From: a virus
Lineage: Duplodnaviria > Caudoviricetes
Strand: one strand, 5' to 3'
Virus record (IMG/VR): IMGVR_UViG_2757320370_000005
DNA length: 64,000 bases
Part shown: positions 56,392 to 64,000 of the stretch, piece after piece
How positions within the stretch are numbered: the first letter of the stretch is position 1
How the letters are laid out: the number at the start of each line of letters is the position of its first letter
Position numbers and translations under genes: made by a program
Notes under the pieces: generated by a model
What the model saw: the letters and a program-made list of their open reading frames with translations, nothing else
What the model was told of the DNA's origin: nothing
Database searches by the model: none

Positions 56392-56722
56392 GTTGGTTTC
56401 CTCCTTCAACTGCTACCCTCACCCGGTCCATGCCCGCTTTGATGCTGGCCTGCGTCTTCTTGATCTTCTTAAGCGTGGCAGCTTGGTCAGCCCGCGGGTT
56501 CTGGAGTTGGCTCTGTATGCGCCGGATCTTGTCTTGGAGTTGCCTCACTTCTGTATCCGTATAGAATGCTACATACTCGCGCTGGCAATGCGGGCAAGTG
56601 AAGAACGTCTTCTCAACGGCTCCTGGTAGCCTTTCTTTCTGGAAACCCTTGACCTCGAACTGTTCGCCGCATCCTTCGTTACATATGGCTGGTATGGCCT
56701 TACTGGCCTGTGCCGTGCTCAA
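56384..56722 (-). CDS. Zinc-ribbon + coiled-coil protein
   Basis: CNEGC...FFTCPHC. Confidence 0.8.
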   Translation of the reverse strand: MSTAQASKAIPAICNEGCGEQFEVKGFQKERLPGAVEKTFFTCPHCQREYVAFYTDTEVRQLQDKIRRIQSQLQNPRADQAATLKKIKKTQASIKAGMDRVRVAVEGGNQHV

Positions 56723-56949
56723 TGTGATCCCCCCTCTAATCGATTAAGGTCTGATTCAATGCTGTCGCACACTCTATGCACTCTATGAATCACAGTTGCT
56801 CTGCTGTCTGAGGGTAACCCGCCTGAATCAAGAAGCGCACTCAACCTATCCAGATAATCCATCTTCATGCTAGTGAACATCGTGTTCCTTCTGACTCTTT
56901 GCTGCTCCGCTCGTTCTTCATAATCAAAACCATCAATAGGTCTACGCAT
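56719..56949 (-). CDS. Hypothetical protein (MRRPIDGF...)
   Basis: AAGGGTGAG RBS; track start is too far upstream. Confidence 0.7.
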   Translation of the reverse strand: MRRPIDGFDYEERAEQQRVRRNTMFTSMKMDYLDRLSALLDSGGLPSDSRATVIHRVHRVCDSIESDLNRLEGGSH

Positions 56950-56950
56950 A

Positions 56951-57283
56951 TTACTCACCCTTTCTGAATACCGTCTGATCAGGCTTGGTCGCCAGGTCAA
57001 TGCCGATGATAAGAGCCCCATTATTCTTGATCCATTCCCTGTACAACTCTTCATACTTGCACTCATTGGCTTTGACAGTCTTGAGTATTTCTGCTGGCAC
57101 ACCGAAATAAGCGTAAATGTCTTGCTTCGTCCATCTATACTCAATTGAAGTTTCTTCATCACTTTGCTGGATTGGCGGTACCTGAATGAAGTAGCCTCCT
57201 TGCTCCAGGCTCCGCGCCGGAACCATATACCCCGGTCTTGGGTGGTCGTGATATTCGTCAATGATTCGCAATGGCTTTTCCAT
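56951..57283 (-). CDS. Hypothetical protein with portal-like and terminase-like short motifs
   Basis: IYAYFGVPAEIL; IIGIDLATKPDQT. Confidence 0.7.
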   Translation of the reverse strand: MEKPLRIIDEYHDHPRPGYMVPARSLEQGGYFIQVPPIQQSDEETSIEYRWTKQDIYAYFGVPAEILKTVKANECKYEELYREWIKNNGALIIGIDLATKPDQTVFRKGE

Positions 57284-57366
57284 TGATTTCACCCTTTCAC
57301 TGCAATTTCCCATGTACCTTACTTCGCCGTCACCTCATGGGCTTTTGGGGTTTAGATTATGGGCTG

Positions 57367-57783
57367 TTATTTGCGAACCACCTGCGACTCCTTGAGCCAC
57401 ATTTCTTTAGTGCCGACCTTGACCTTAACGTCGCCTATGCCTTCATCAACTTCGATGATCTCGGCTTCAGTAAGCACGCGATCTCCTACTTGATAATTAG
57501 GATTTTCTTCTCTCTCAGGTTCTCCATCCCGGAAGATCATTTCTCCTTTAAACGGCTCCGGCTTTCCCAATGCGATGTGAGGTCCGAACTTGTTCATTAG
57601 CCCCCATATTTGAAAACTAGTGTATCCTTTAGTATCCGCCCTCGATACATAAGGTCCGATATCCTTAACCCCTCGTTCGAGATAATGCAGGTTCAACTTT
57701 TCATGTCGATTCCTCAATATCTGCTCGCCGAATTCAGTCAGTTTGACTTTGACGCTCTGATTGAAGTTCATTCGGAAATCCAT
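57367..57783 (-). CDS. Hypothetical protein
   Basis: NQSVKVKLTEFG...GYTSFQIWGLMNKFG. Confidence 0.8.
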   Translation of the reverse strand: MDFRMNFNQSVKVKLTEFGEQILRNRHEKLNLHYLERGVKDIGPYVSRADTKGYTSFQIWGLMNKFGPHIALGKPEPFKGEMIFRDGEPEREENPNYQVGDRVLTEAEIIEVDEGIGDVKVKVGTKEMWLKESQVVRK

Positions 57784-57816
57784 CGATTTCATCCTTTCGA
57801 TGATTTATTAACTTAT

Positions 57817-58164
57817 TTACGATATAACCCTCGTATTTTCGGAGACTGCTAAATCAAACCTTGCCGCAAATGCGTTTCGTTCATCGGTATTTGGATCGCC
57901 ATTGTAGGCATATACCACCTGCTTTGGATCGTATGGACGCTTTGTTCTGTCCAGTGTGTACGGCCCGTGGTCACTTCCTGGGTATTTCCCCGCGTCCACG
58001 CCTGTTGTACTGATGATTGTATTCGGCGGCCTGTAAGGCTGCCCTGTGAACGGTAGGATAGGCTCGACAACTTTGAATGGCTGCAGAGCTTGAAGCTTGG
58101 CATAGGCTACCAGTTCCTCCGGCGTGCCTTCGAGTGTTCCGTCTTTATGGATTTTCATATTCAC
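57817..58164 (-). CDS. Hypothetical protein
   Basis: RBS; LEGTPEEL. Confidence 0.7.
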   Translation of the reverse strand: MNMKIHKDGTLEGTPEELVAYAKLQALQPFKVVEPILPFTGQPYRPPNTIISTTGVDAGKYPGSDHGPYTLDRTKRPYDPKQVVYAYNGDPNTDERNAFAARFDLAVSENTRVIS

Positions 58165-58391
58165 TCCCCCTCATCTACTTCACTTACAAACGGAACCGAA
58201 GCATCAGACAAGAAATTCACTTCAAGGTCGGTCCAGTAATCTTCTGGATACTGGTACGAACCTCTATAGAAGGCATGTTTCTTGAACGCCTCTGATGCGG
58301 CTGCTTCGGCAGCTGCTTCATCTTTGGCAATAACCGTTACGAAGTGCGGACCGTTACCCATGTAACCATTTACGACTTGGTAGAGATTCAA
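58161..58391 (-). CDS. Small acidic hypothetical protein
   Basis: TTG start after AAGGGTGA. Confidence 0.65.
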   Translation of the reverse strand: MNLYQVVNGYMGNGPHFVTVIAKDEAAAEAAASEAFKKHAFYRGSYQYPEDYWTDLEVNFLSDASVPFVSEVDEGE

Positions 58392-58450
58392 ATGAATCAC
58401 CCTTTCTGGGCATAGAAAAAGCCACCCTGCGATTAGAGTGGCTTGCTCAA

Positions 58451-58738
58451 TCATATTAAGTTGTGCCGGATCTCCCCAGCAAACCCGGTAATAACTATAT
58501 CAACCTCTTGCTTTGGCTCTATACCGAACCCAAGTCCTATAAATGTCTTGCTAGAGTCGGCCTTGATCTCAAAAACAGAAGGCGCCGCCTCAGATGAAGC
58601 TAGTCGGTGATATGTCTTACCGTTGACCATTATGTGATAAGGCTCATCTCCGTTGTATGCTTTTTTATAATCTTCAATGAAACTTAATGCTTGGTCTACA
58701 ACTTCTATTGGAATCACCTCCGGCGGATAGAAAGCCAC
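58451..58738 (-). CDS. Hypothetical protein
   Basis: ORF in operon; start uncertain. Confidence 0.6.
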   Translation of the reverse strand: MAFYPPEVIPIEVVDQALSFIEDYKKAYNGDEPYHIMVNGKTYHRLASSEAAPSVFEIKADSSKTFIGLGFGIEPKQEVDIVITGFAGEIRHNLI

Positions 58739-58795
58739 CCGGATTGTGGATGGCCTTATGTAACAGTTATTTATTTGGTATCTTTGGAACTTGGT

Positions 58796-59077
58796 CTACC
58801 AGTAGAATGCCGATGCCGTTTTTGCAGAAGATTCTTCTAATTCCTCTACAGCAATGTTCAGATAAGGCTTAGAATCAAACACATCCAACTGACTGCCGAC
58901 TACTTTCACCAGCCTTGATGATCTCGAACCATTTCCGGTTTCAACTGAAATTCTGACGCTTCCCGCCGCAAAAAGCGCGGTTACTTCCGATTGGTCAAGA
59001 TCTCTCTCTGACCCAAGTCCCGTCACAGTTTCGCCGTTTTCATTTTTCAAAACAAAGATAACTCTCATCGCGTTCAC
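58796..59077 (-). CDS. Hypothetical protein
   Basis: GGAGG RBS. Confidence 0.7.
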   Translation of the reverse strand: MNAMRVIFVLKNENGETVTGLGSERDLDQSEVTALFAAGSVRISVETGNGSRSSRLVKVVGSQLDVFDSKPYLNIAVEELEESSAKTASAFYW

Positions 59078-59122
59078 CTCCCACCACCATAATTCGGTGT
59101 ATGGAAGATAAATCCTGCAAGG

Positions 59123-59365
59123 TCATTCCACCAGATCAGCCAGGAGCTGCTGTTTCCAAAACTCCAGAAGGCCGACAAGCTGCAGCTTATTCATCGCACT
59201 GTAGCATGTCATAGCCTCGCCTTGGGTGCTGGTGAAGATGTAGGCGACATGCTCGATCTCTCCTGCTTGCAGCGATTCGTTCAGTTCCTCTATGATCATC
59301 CTAGGAGTGTCTTCGCCAGCCTTGCGGGCTTGCAGATCGCGTATGTCGATAGTATTTTGATTCAT
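59123..59365 (-). CDS. Hypothetical protein
   Basis: GGAGG RBS. Confidence 0.75.
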   Translation of the reverse strand: MNQNTIDIRDLQARKAGEDTPRMIIEELNESLQAGEIEHVAYIFTSTQGEAMTCYSAMNKLQLVGLLEFWKQQLLADLVE

Positions 59366-59378
59366 CGTTCCCGCCTCC

Positions 59379-59558
59379 CTAATCCCAAACAGTCCGTTTG
59401 CTCAATTCATCCTCGTTACCGGCAATCATCAAATCCCAGCACGTTTGGCAGAATGAAGCTTTGAGTATCGTGTGCTTGGTAGGCTCTGGAGCATTGCAGA
59501 TGGTGCACTGTCCTTTGACTGGACGCTTACTCTTGCCCTTATCCTGTTTGACCCACAT
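59379..59558 (-). CDS. Small zinc-finger protein
   Basis: CTIC...CQTC; AAGGAG RBS. Confidence 0.7.
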   Translation of the reverse strand: MWVKQDKGKSKRPVKGQCTICNAPEPTKHTILKASFCQTCWDLMIAGNEDELSKRTVWD

Positions 59559-59574
59559 GAACAACACTCCTTTA

Positions 59575-59907
59575 TTATGGAAATTCGTATCCGTCATACA
59601 ATTGAAATTTGAAGAAAAGCGCAAGGAGTACAGGTATAGTTCTCACGCCTATTTTCTCGCGAATAGTTTCTGATCCCTCGTTGAATAAGTTAACAACAGC
59701 TTGCGGGAAGTTATCCCGATCAGTGTCCATTCTTACTATCAGTTGTTTTAGTCCGATCTCATACATACTCCTTGATCCTAAAGAGTCTACACAGATTTGA
59801 TCTTCTTCTATGGCTTGGATCATGACCTTCACATCTTCATATTTAAATCCTAGCGCTTCAGCAGATGCAGCCACTCTGGGGTATTCTTCATAAAGTTTCA
59901 TGTCCAT
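59575..59907 (-). CDS. Hypothetical protein, first ORF after the tRNA-like RNA
   Basis: GAGG RBS. Confidence 0.75.
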   Translation of the reverse strand: MDMKLYEEYPRVAASAEALGFKYEDVKVMIQAIEEDQICVDSLGSRSMYEIGLKQLIVRMDTDRDNFPQAVVNLFNEGSETIREKIGVRTIPVLLALFFKFQLYDGYEFP

Positions 59908-59929
59908 ATATGACCATCCTCACTATAGT

Positions 59930-60073
59930 TAATGTGGGCAAGGATTTGCACCTTGCATGGTAAATTTCGCGGTATCTCGTTTATGCCCGATGTTGCTGGA
60001 GCTTCAGCACCCTTTTACCGAGAGCTATTAGCTACACCACTACGTTGCGTCTACCTATTCCGCCACCACATCC
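59930..60073 (-). ncRNA. tRNA-shaped RNA with acceptor, D and T arms and a ~90-nt structured insert replacing the anticodon arm
   Basis: GATGTGG/CCACATT; GCG-GAATAGGTAGA-CGC; GCAAGG-TGCAAAT-CCTTGC; no anticodon loop or CCA. Confidence 0.7.
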
Positions 60074-60075
60074 AG

Positions 60076-60168
60076 GAAAACAAAAAGAACAGCCTGCCCG
60101 CATGTGCTGCCCTTGCTCTGGCGTGACCAGGCAAACAGGCAATGATGTGTGTCGGGTGCTGTTCTCTT
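60076..60168 (-). terminator. Long branched hairpin ending in a U tract (attenuator-like leader)
   Basis: AGAACAGC...GCTGTTCT-TTTTGTTTT enclosing GCCTGG-TCACG-CCAGAGC. Confidence 0.55.
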
Positions 60169-60280
60169 GATTTCCTATGCTACTAATATATCACGTAAAA
60201 TAGGTAATGGTTCACAACTCTTTCGCATTTTTCGAACAATAATTTCTCATTTTATTTTCACTGTTTTGTTATGGAATAAT

Positions 60281-60823
60281 TTAGTCAGTGTCGTATAAGT
60301 AGACACCTGGTGGTTCTGGACGCAATCCTTTTGATATAGTTTCATACCTCCGAACAACATCGTCACCGAGAATATCATAGTTCCACTTGCCTGATCCTTT
60401 GCTGAAGTAGAAAGTTAATAACGCATGACTAAACTTTGCGTCCACTATAATCGTCCATTCGTTCCTATCATCCTCAGCGTCCGCGTCGTCCACTGTAATG
60501 AAGAACTGTTCTAAGGTGTACCACCGAAGGCTGCCCTCAATTTTTTCTTTCACGAATTCCGCAAAGGCATCGTTTGTGAGATCTTCAATTTCCCAGTAGT
60601 CAGGAACTCCTACCAACTCGAAAAACACACTATTAAACCCGCGATCTCCGAAGCCTTTCAAGTAAACAACTGTCGATGACTGGTAAATATCGACCTGATT
60701 AATAATATAAATCTCTTTCTCTTTTAAAACCGCTGCAGCTCGCTCCCATTCGCCATCCCATCCCCCGCGATTAGCAAAACGGACTTTGTGACCTTTTTTC
60801 GCCAAATGTACATTCATACTCAT
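60281..60823 (-). CDS. Hypothetical protein
   Basis: In operon. Confidence 0.8.
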   Translation of the reverse strand: MSMNVHLAKKGHKVRFANRGGWDGEWERAAAVLKEKEIYIINQVDIYQSSTVVYLKGFGDRGFNSVFFELVGVPDYWEIEDLTNDAFAEFVKEKIEGSLRWYTLEQFFITVDDADAEDDRNEWTIIVDAKFSHALLTFYFSKGSGKWNYDILGDDVVRRYETISKGLRPEPPGVYLYDTD

Positions 60824-61143
60824 TTATCCCATTCCCCCTTCACTCTCGCATCCAGCCCGGCATACCCCGGCCAGCCTTCCAGCGTTCGTGCATCCAAGAG
60901 TTGCTGAAATCGTTTGGGCACATAATTTCCCCATTGCATTACTTCGATTTGATGCTGCTCATTTAGAAGCGCGATACTGTTGTTTTCTCTCTGCAAGCCA
61001 ACAGTAAACTCATCCAGATTAATAACCAAGCGCCCCGATATGTAGCCATCAATTATGTTCGCTGTTTCTTTCATGTGCTGAGACAGGTCCACGTTCATGC
61101 CTCCTTTAGAGGGGCCGTAGCCCCTAACATTATTCATTAACAT
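60820..61143 (-). CDS. Hypothetical protein
   Basis: In operon; start may be 61098. Confidence 0.7.
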   Translation of the reverse strand: MLMNNVRGYGPSKGGMNVDLSQHMKETANIIDGYISGRLVINLDEFTVGLQRENNSIALLNEQHQIEVMQWGNYVPKRFQQLLDARTLEGWPGYAGLDARVKGEWDK

Positions 61144-61406
61144 TCGGAAACTTCAATCCATACGTTCCCTCGCGGGGTGTAATTTGCCAAAGCGAGAGCT
61201 TTCGCTCTGTCTCCCCGGAAAAAGGCTGTTAGTTCTGGAAGGCTCTCATCTACACGGCTCTCTGTATTTGCGATCCTTTCGTTTGCAATTGCAATTTGCC
61301 GATCCGCTAAAAACTCGCCGATTTCTTGCCGCAACTCGTCTGGCGTGACAAGCCTGTGCGGCTCGCCTTTGTTAGCTTGGAAATAGATTTCTGTCTTGTA
61401 ATTCAT
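61137..61406 (-). CDS. Hypothetical protein
   Basis: GAGGAGG RBS before ATG 61406. Confidence 0.7.
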   Translation of the reverse strand: MNYKTEIYFQANKGEPHRLVTPDELRQEIGEFLADRQIAIANERIANTESRVDESLPELTAFFRGDRAKALALANYTPRGNVWIEVSEC

Positions 61407-61446
61407 CTTCAAAACCTCCTCGTATAGTGGTGGGGCCGTAGCCCCG

Positions 61447-61704
61447 TTATCCGCCCCAACCTTTTTGAAGGTCATAACGTTCCTTAAATTGTTTTTTCAC
61501 CTCAGACACTCCACCTTCTTTCTCGATTTCGTCCCAAGTTAGGGTGACGTCTTCAATGACTTTTTGTTCTAATTTTGCGAACCCGTCTGCCTGTATCACA
61601 TCAAACATAGCCCTTACGATGTATCTATTTCTGTGTCTCAGTCCGTCTACCTCGACGTCTAAAGTATTTCTGATAAAATGCTCGCTTGCCTGTAATTGAT
61701 TCAT
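61447..61704 (-). CDS. Hypothetical protein, first gene of the leftward unit
   Basis: GGGAGGGATAAGG RBS. Confidence 0.75.
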   Translation of the reverse strand: MNQLQASEHFIRNTLDVEVDGLRHRNRYIVRAMFDVIQADGFAKLEQKVIEDVTLTWDEIEKEGGVSEVKKQFKERYDLQKGWGG

Positions 61705-61876
61705 CCTTATCCCTCCCGCGTATGCCCGCCAGCTAAATAATCACTATGTTGACGTTTTTGATCATCTTCATATCCATAATATATAGCATAATAATTACAT
61801 AGTCAACTATAATGATTATCTTCTTGATTATTTTAATCGGTATCATTATGATAATAAGCATTAGGAGAGTGATTTT

Positions 61877-62098
61877 ATGATTGAGAACAAATTAAGCGAG
61901 GTTATGGGACGAAAGCGTCTTAAAATCTCCGATGTCATTGAAATGACGGGATTGGCACGCAATACGATTGCTGATCTCTATCATGGTCGGGCCAAGCGCG
62001 TAGACCTGGAAACACTGGATAAGCTATGCAAGGCACTAGAATGCGAGAGTTTAAGCGAGATCGTGGAGTTCAGGCAGGAGGTCGATTACAAGTTATGA
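61877..62098 (+). CDS. Cro/C1-type HTH regulator coupled to the integrase
   Basis: TGLARNTIADLY...VDLETLDKLC; ATGA overlap with int. Confidence 0.88.
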   Translation: MIENKLSEVMGRKRLKISDVIEMTGLARNTIADLYHGRAKRVDLETLDKLCKALECESLSEIVEFRQEVDYKL

Positions 62099-63540
62099 GC
62101 AAGCGTATCGCGCTTTATATCCGTGTAAGTACCGATGAGCAGGCTATAAAGGGAAATTCTCTTAACGAGCAAGAAGAACGACTTCGTGCATATTGTCATG
62201 CCATGGAACTTGAAGGAGAGATCGAAACCTTTATAGACGATGGATATTCAGCTGGCAGTATGAAAAGACCGGCACTTACCAGAATGTTAAAGCTGGCCCG
62301 AAATAAGGAACTGAGCATGGTAGTCATTACAAAGATTGATCGCCTCTGCAGAAACCTCAAGGACCTTCTAACATTAGTGGATGAACTGGACGAGATACAG
62401 TGTGGATTTGCTTCTGCAGGGGAACGTTTTGATACATCAACTGCTGCAGGCCGAATGGTTTTGCAAATACTTGGAGCTTTCGCGGAATTCGAACGCGGAA
62501 GAAATCGGGAACGTGTACGAGAAAACATGATGTCCATTGTTACCAATACAGACAAAGCAGTCTCCCGTCCATGCTTCGGATATAATGTGAATGACTCAAA
62601 GTATATAATAAACGAGGAAGAAGCAGAGATCGTACGTAAAATGGTGGAATGGATGCTTCAAGGTGAAGGTGCTCACAAGGTTATGAGAAGGCTGAATGAT
62701 ATGGGCGTGAAGACCAAGGATGGTAAGTCCTTCACCCAACTCTCGGTGGGCAAGCTAATGAAAAGAGAAACCATAGCGGGTATGTTTGTCTACAATCGCG
62801 GATATACACTTCGCGGGAAGAGTCTTATACGCCCTAAAGAGGAATGGATTGTGATTGAAGAACATCATGAGCCCATTATTGATATTGATACTTTCAAACG
62901 CCTACAGATTGCAATCGAAGCTAGGAGAACAAGCGGAAAGCAAGCGGATAATGAACGATGGTTACTTACAGGCATAGTCAAATGCACACACTGTGGGCGT
63001 CCTATGTTCGGACGTTACAAAAAAAAGCCAAGCGGAAGAGAATACTTTCATTACGTCTGCTCAAGTTACATGAAACGAGCAGAGTGTTTCCATCACTTTA
63101 TTGATAGAGATCTCCTAGAAAACACTGTTCTTGACCACATAAACGAATCAGATAAATTCAGCGTAAAAAGCGAAGAAATAGTTTCGACTGAAGATTCGGA
63201 CGTGATTAGCATCTCGCATTTAAAGAATGCTCTTAAAAGACTGGACAATAAAATGCAAAGGCAAATTGAATTATTCGAAGACAGCGAAATTAATAAAGAT
63301 GATTTTAGAAGAGCACGGGATCGAATTCAAAGTGAGCGACTTGTAATTGAAGAACAACTTAAATATGCTGAAGCAGGGACAAGGGATGCATTGGAAAAGG
63401 ACTTTATTAGACGTGTTGGTTCACTAAAAAATGAACTATCATCACGTAATCGAGGTGAACAGAAAAACGCTATCCGCCAGCTTGTCAAAACAGTGGAAGT
63501 TACAAATGCGTCTTCGATTCACATAGAAGTTCGTCTGTAA
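62095..63540 (+). CDS. Large serine recombinase (phage integrase)
   Basis: YIRVSTDEQ, DDGYSAGSMKRP, KIDRLCR, recombinase domain, CTHC zinc ribbon, coiled coil. Confidence 0.97.
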   Translation: MSKRIALYIRVSTDEQAIKGNSLNEQEERLRAYCHAMELEGEIETFIDDGYSAGSMKRPALTRMLKLARNKELSMVVITKIDRLCRNLKDLLTLVDELDEIQCGFASAGERFDTSTAAGRMVLQILGAFAEFERGRNRERVRENMMSIVTNTDKAVSRPCFGYNVNDSKYIINEEEAEIVRKMVEWMLQGEGAHKVMRRLNDMGVKTKDGKSFTQLSVGKLMKRETIAGMFVYNRGYTLRGKSLIRPKEEWIVIEEHHEPIIDIDTFKRLQIAIEARRTSGKQADNERWLLTGIVKCTHCGRPMFGRYKKKPSGREYFHYVCSSYMKRAECFHHFIDRDLLENTVLDHINESDKFSVKSEEIVSTEDSDVISISHLKNALKRLDNKMQRQIELFEDSEINKDDFRRARDRIQSERLVIEEQLKYAEAGTRDALEKDFIRRVGSLKNELSSRNRGEQKNAIRQLVKTVEVTNASSIHIEVRL

Positions 63541-64000
63541 CCCGCATTATATAAGGTACTTCTAAAGTTACCTTTGGCTGGCCAAGGAAGGTTGATCCCT
63601 TCACCTCATCCCAGCTGAATGAATCCTTGGGCTCCCGTGCGAAGAGAAAAGTTCCGTCTCGCTGTGTCAGCTGGGCGAAATTAATGACCGGATCATCTGC
63701 GCCCTGCTGGTAGACATATATAGAGGTTTCAGAACCCACAAGTGCCACATCAATTGCCCCCGAGAGCAGTGCGGTCATTGTTTTGTCACCGCCGGGAATC
63801 GTCTGCAGCTCCACATCCAGGCCCTCATCCTTAAAGAAACCTTGCGAAAGCGCAACATACTCGGGCGCATAAAAGACAGAGCGGGTCACCTCGCCGATCT
63901 TCACCTTCACCCCCGCAGAATCCCCGCCGCAGCCGGCAAGCATAGAACAACATAAAGCAAAAACCATCAGCGGCAGCAACAGCTTTTTCCTGAATTTCAT
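63500..64000 (-). pseudogene. 5' part of a host ABC transporter substrate-binding lipoprotein (NMT1/SsuA-like, YtlA-like) truncated by the prophage
   Basis: Lipobox LAGC; EVTRSVFYAPEY, GGDKTMTALLSG, LTQRDGTFL; frame ends in non-homologous residues running antisense into int. Confidence 0.85.
63545..63590. other. Hybrid att site (prophage right junction)
   Basis: Host protein similarity ends at FLGQPK (~63572), directly beyond the integrase stop. Confidence 0.7.

Larger units (their letters stand above)
1..63575. mobile_element. Integrated temperate siphophage (HK97-type head, long non-contractile tail); left end outside window
   Basis: Replication, immunity, head, tail, lysis and integrase modules are all present; a host ABC gene begins right after the integrase. 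Confidence 0.97.

Noticed and set aside
59930-60073. Functional tRNA gene
   Set aside because: No 7-nt anticodon loop, non-canonical T loop and no CCA
59932-60126. 64-aa plus-strand ORF
   Set aside because: Antisense shadow of the structured RNA; no RBS
62026-62094. 23-aa N-terminal extension of the integrase in the track
   Set aside because: The GGAGG RBS and ATGA overlap point to ATG 62095, just before the catalytic motif

Overview
Positions 1 to about 63,575 are a temperate, lambda/HK97-like siphophage integrated in a Bacillota host. The host is probably Paenibacillus-like, judged from gene content only. The left prophage end lies outside the window. Modules from left to right: leftward early/replication genes (1-20.6 kb: two orphan DNA methyltransferases, RuvC-like resolvase, DnaB helicase, initiator with ori iterons, RecT/exonuclease, ParB-like); the Cro/CI switch (20.4-21.4 kb); a 12 kb accessory island (21.4-33 kb); leftward tail, lysis, head and packaging genes (33-55.5 kb); small leftward genes (55.5-61.7 kb); an HTH plus large serine integrase operon (61.9-63.5 kb); and an att junction that truncates a host ABC-transporter substrate-binding gene. 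The strongest find is in the accessory island: a promoter-driven, terminator-bounded ~115-nt RNA (29,065-29,180, minus strand) carrying one solitary 32-nt type I-C CRISPR-repeat-like unit, with no cas genes or array in the window. It is a candidate RNA anti-CRISPR (Racr) or crRNA-like regulator. It sits beside two small, very acidic ORFs, each linked to an HTH gene in an acr/aca-like layout, and one HTH is reachable only by a -1 frameshift at G GGA AAG. Other observations: four in-frame -1 slippery heptamers (capsid extension, tail chaperone, acidic-HTH, ASCH protein); a tRNA-shaped RNA with a ~90-nt insert at the head of the late operon; a shared GGAAGCAC hairpin in two sRNAs; three nuclease-less HNH-associated-repeat genes; LexA domains split into separate genes; and a lysis cassette inside the tail module. 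No database search was possible, so family names come from motif recognition and should be confirmed by HMM search. Many CDS starts were adjusted to the best RBS.
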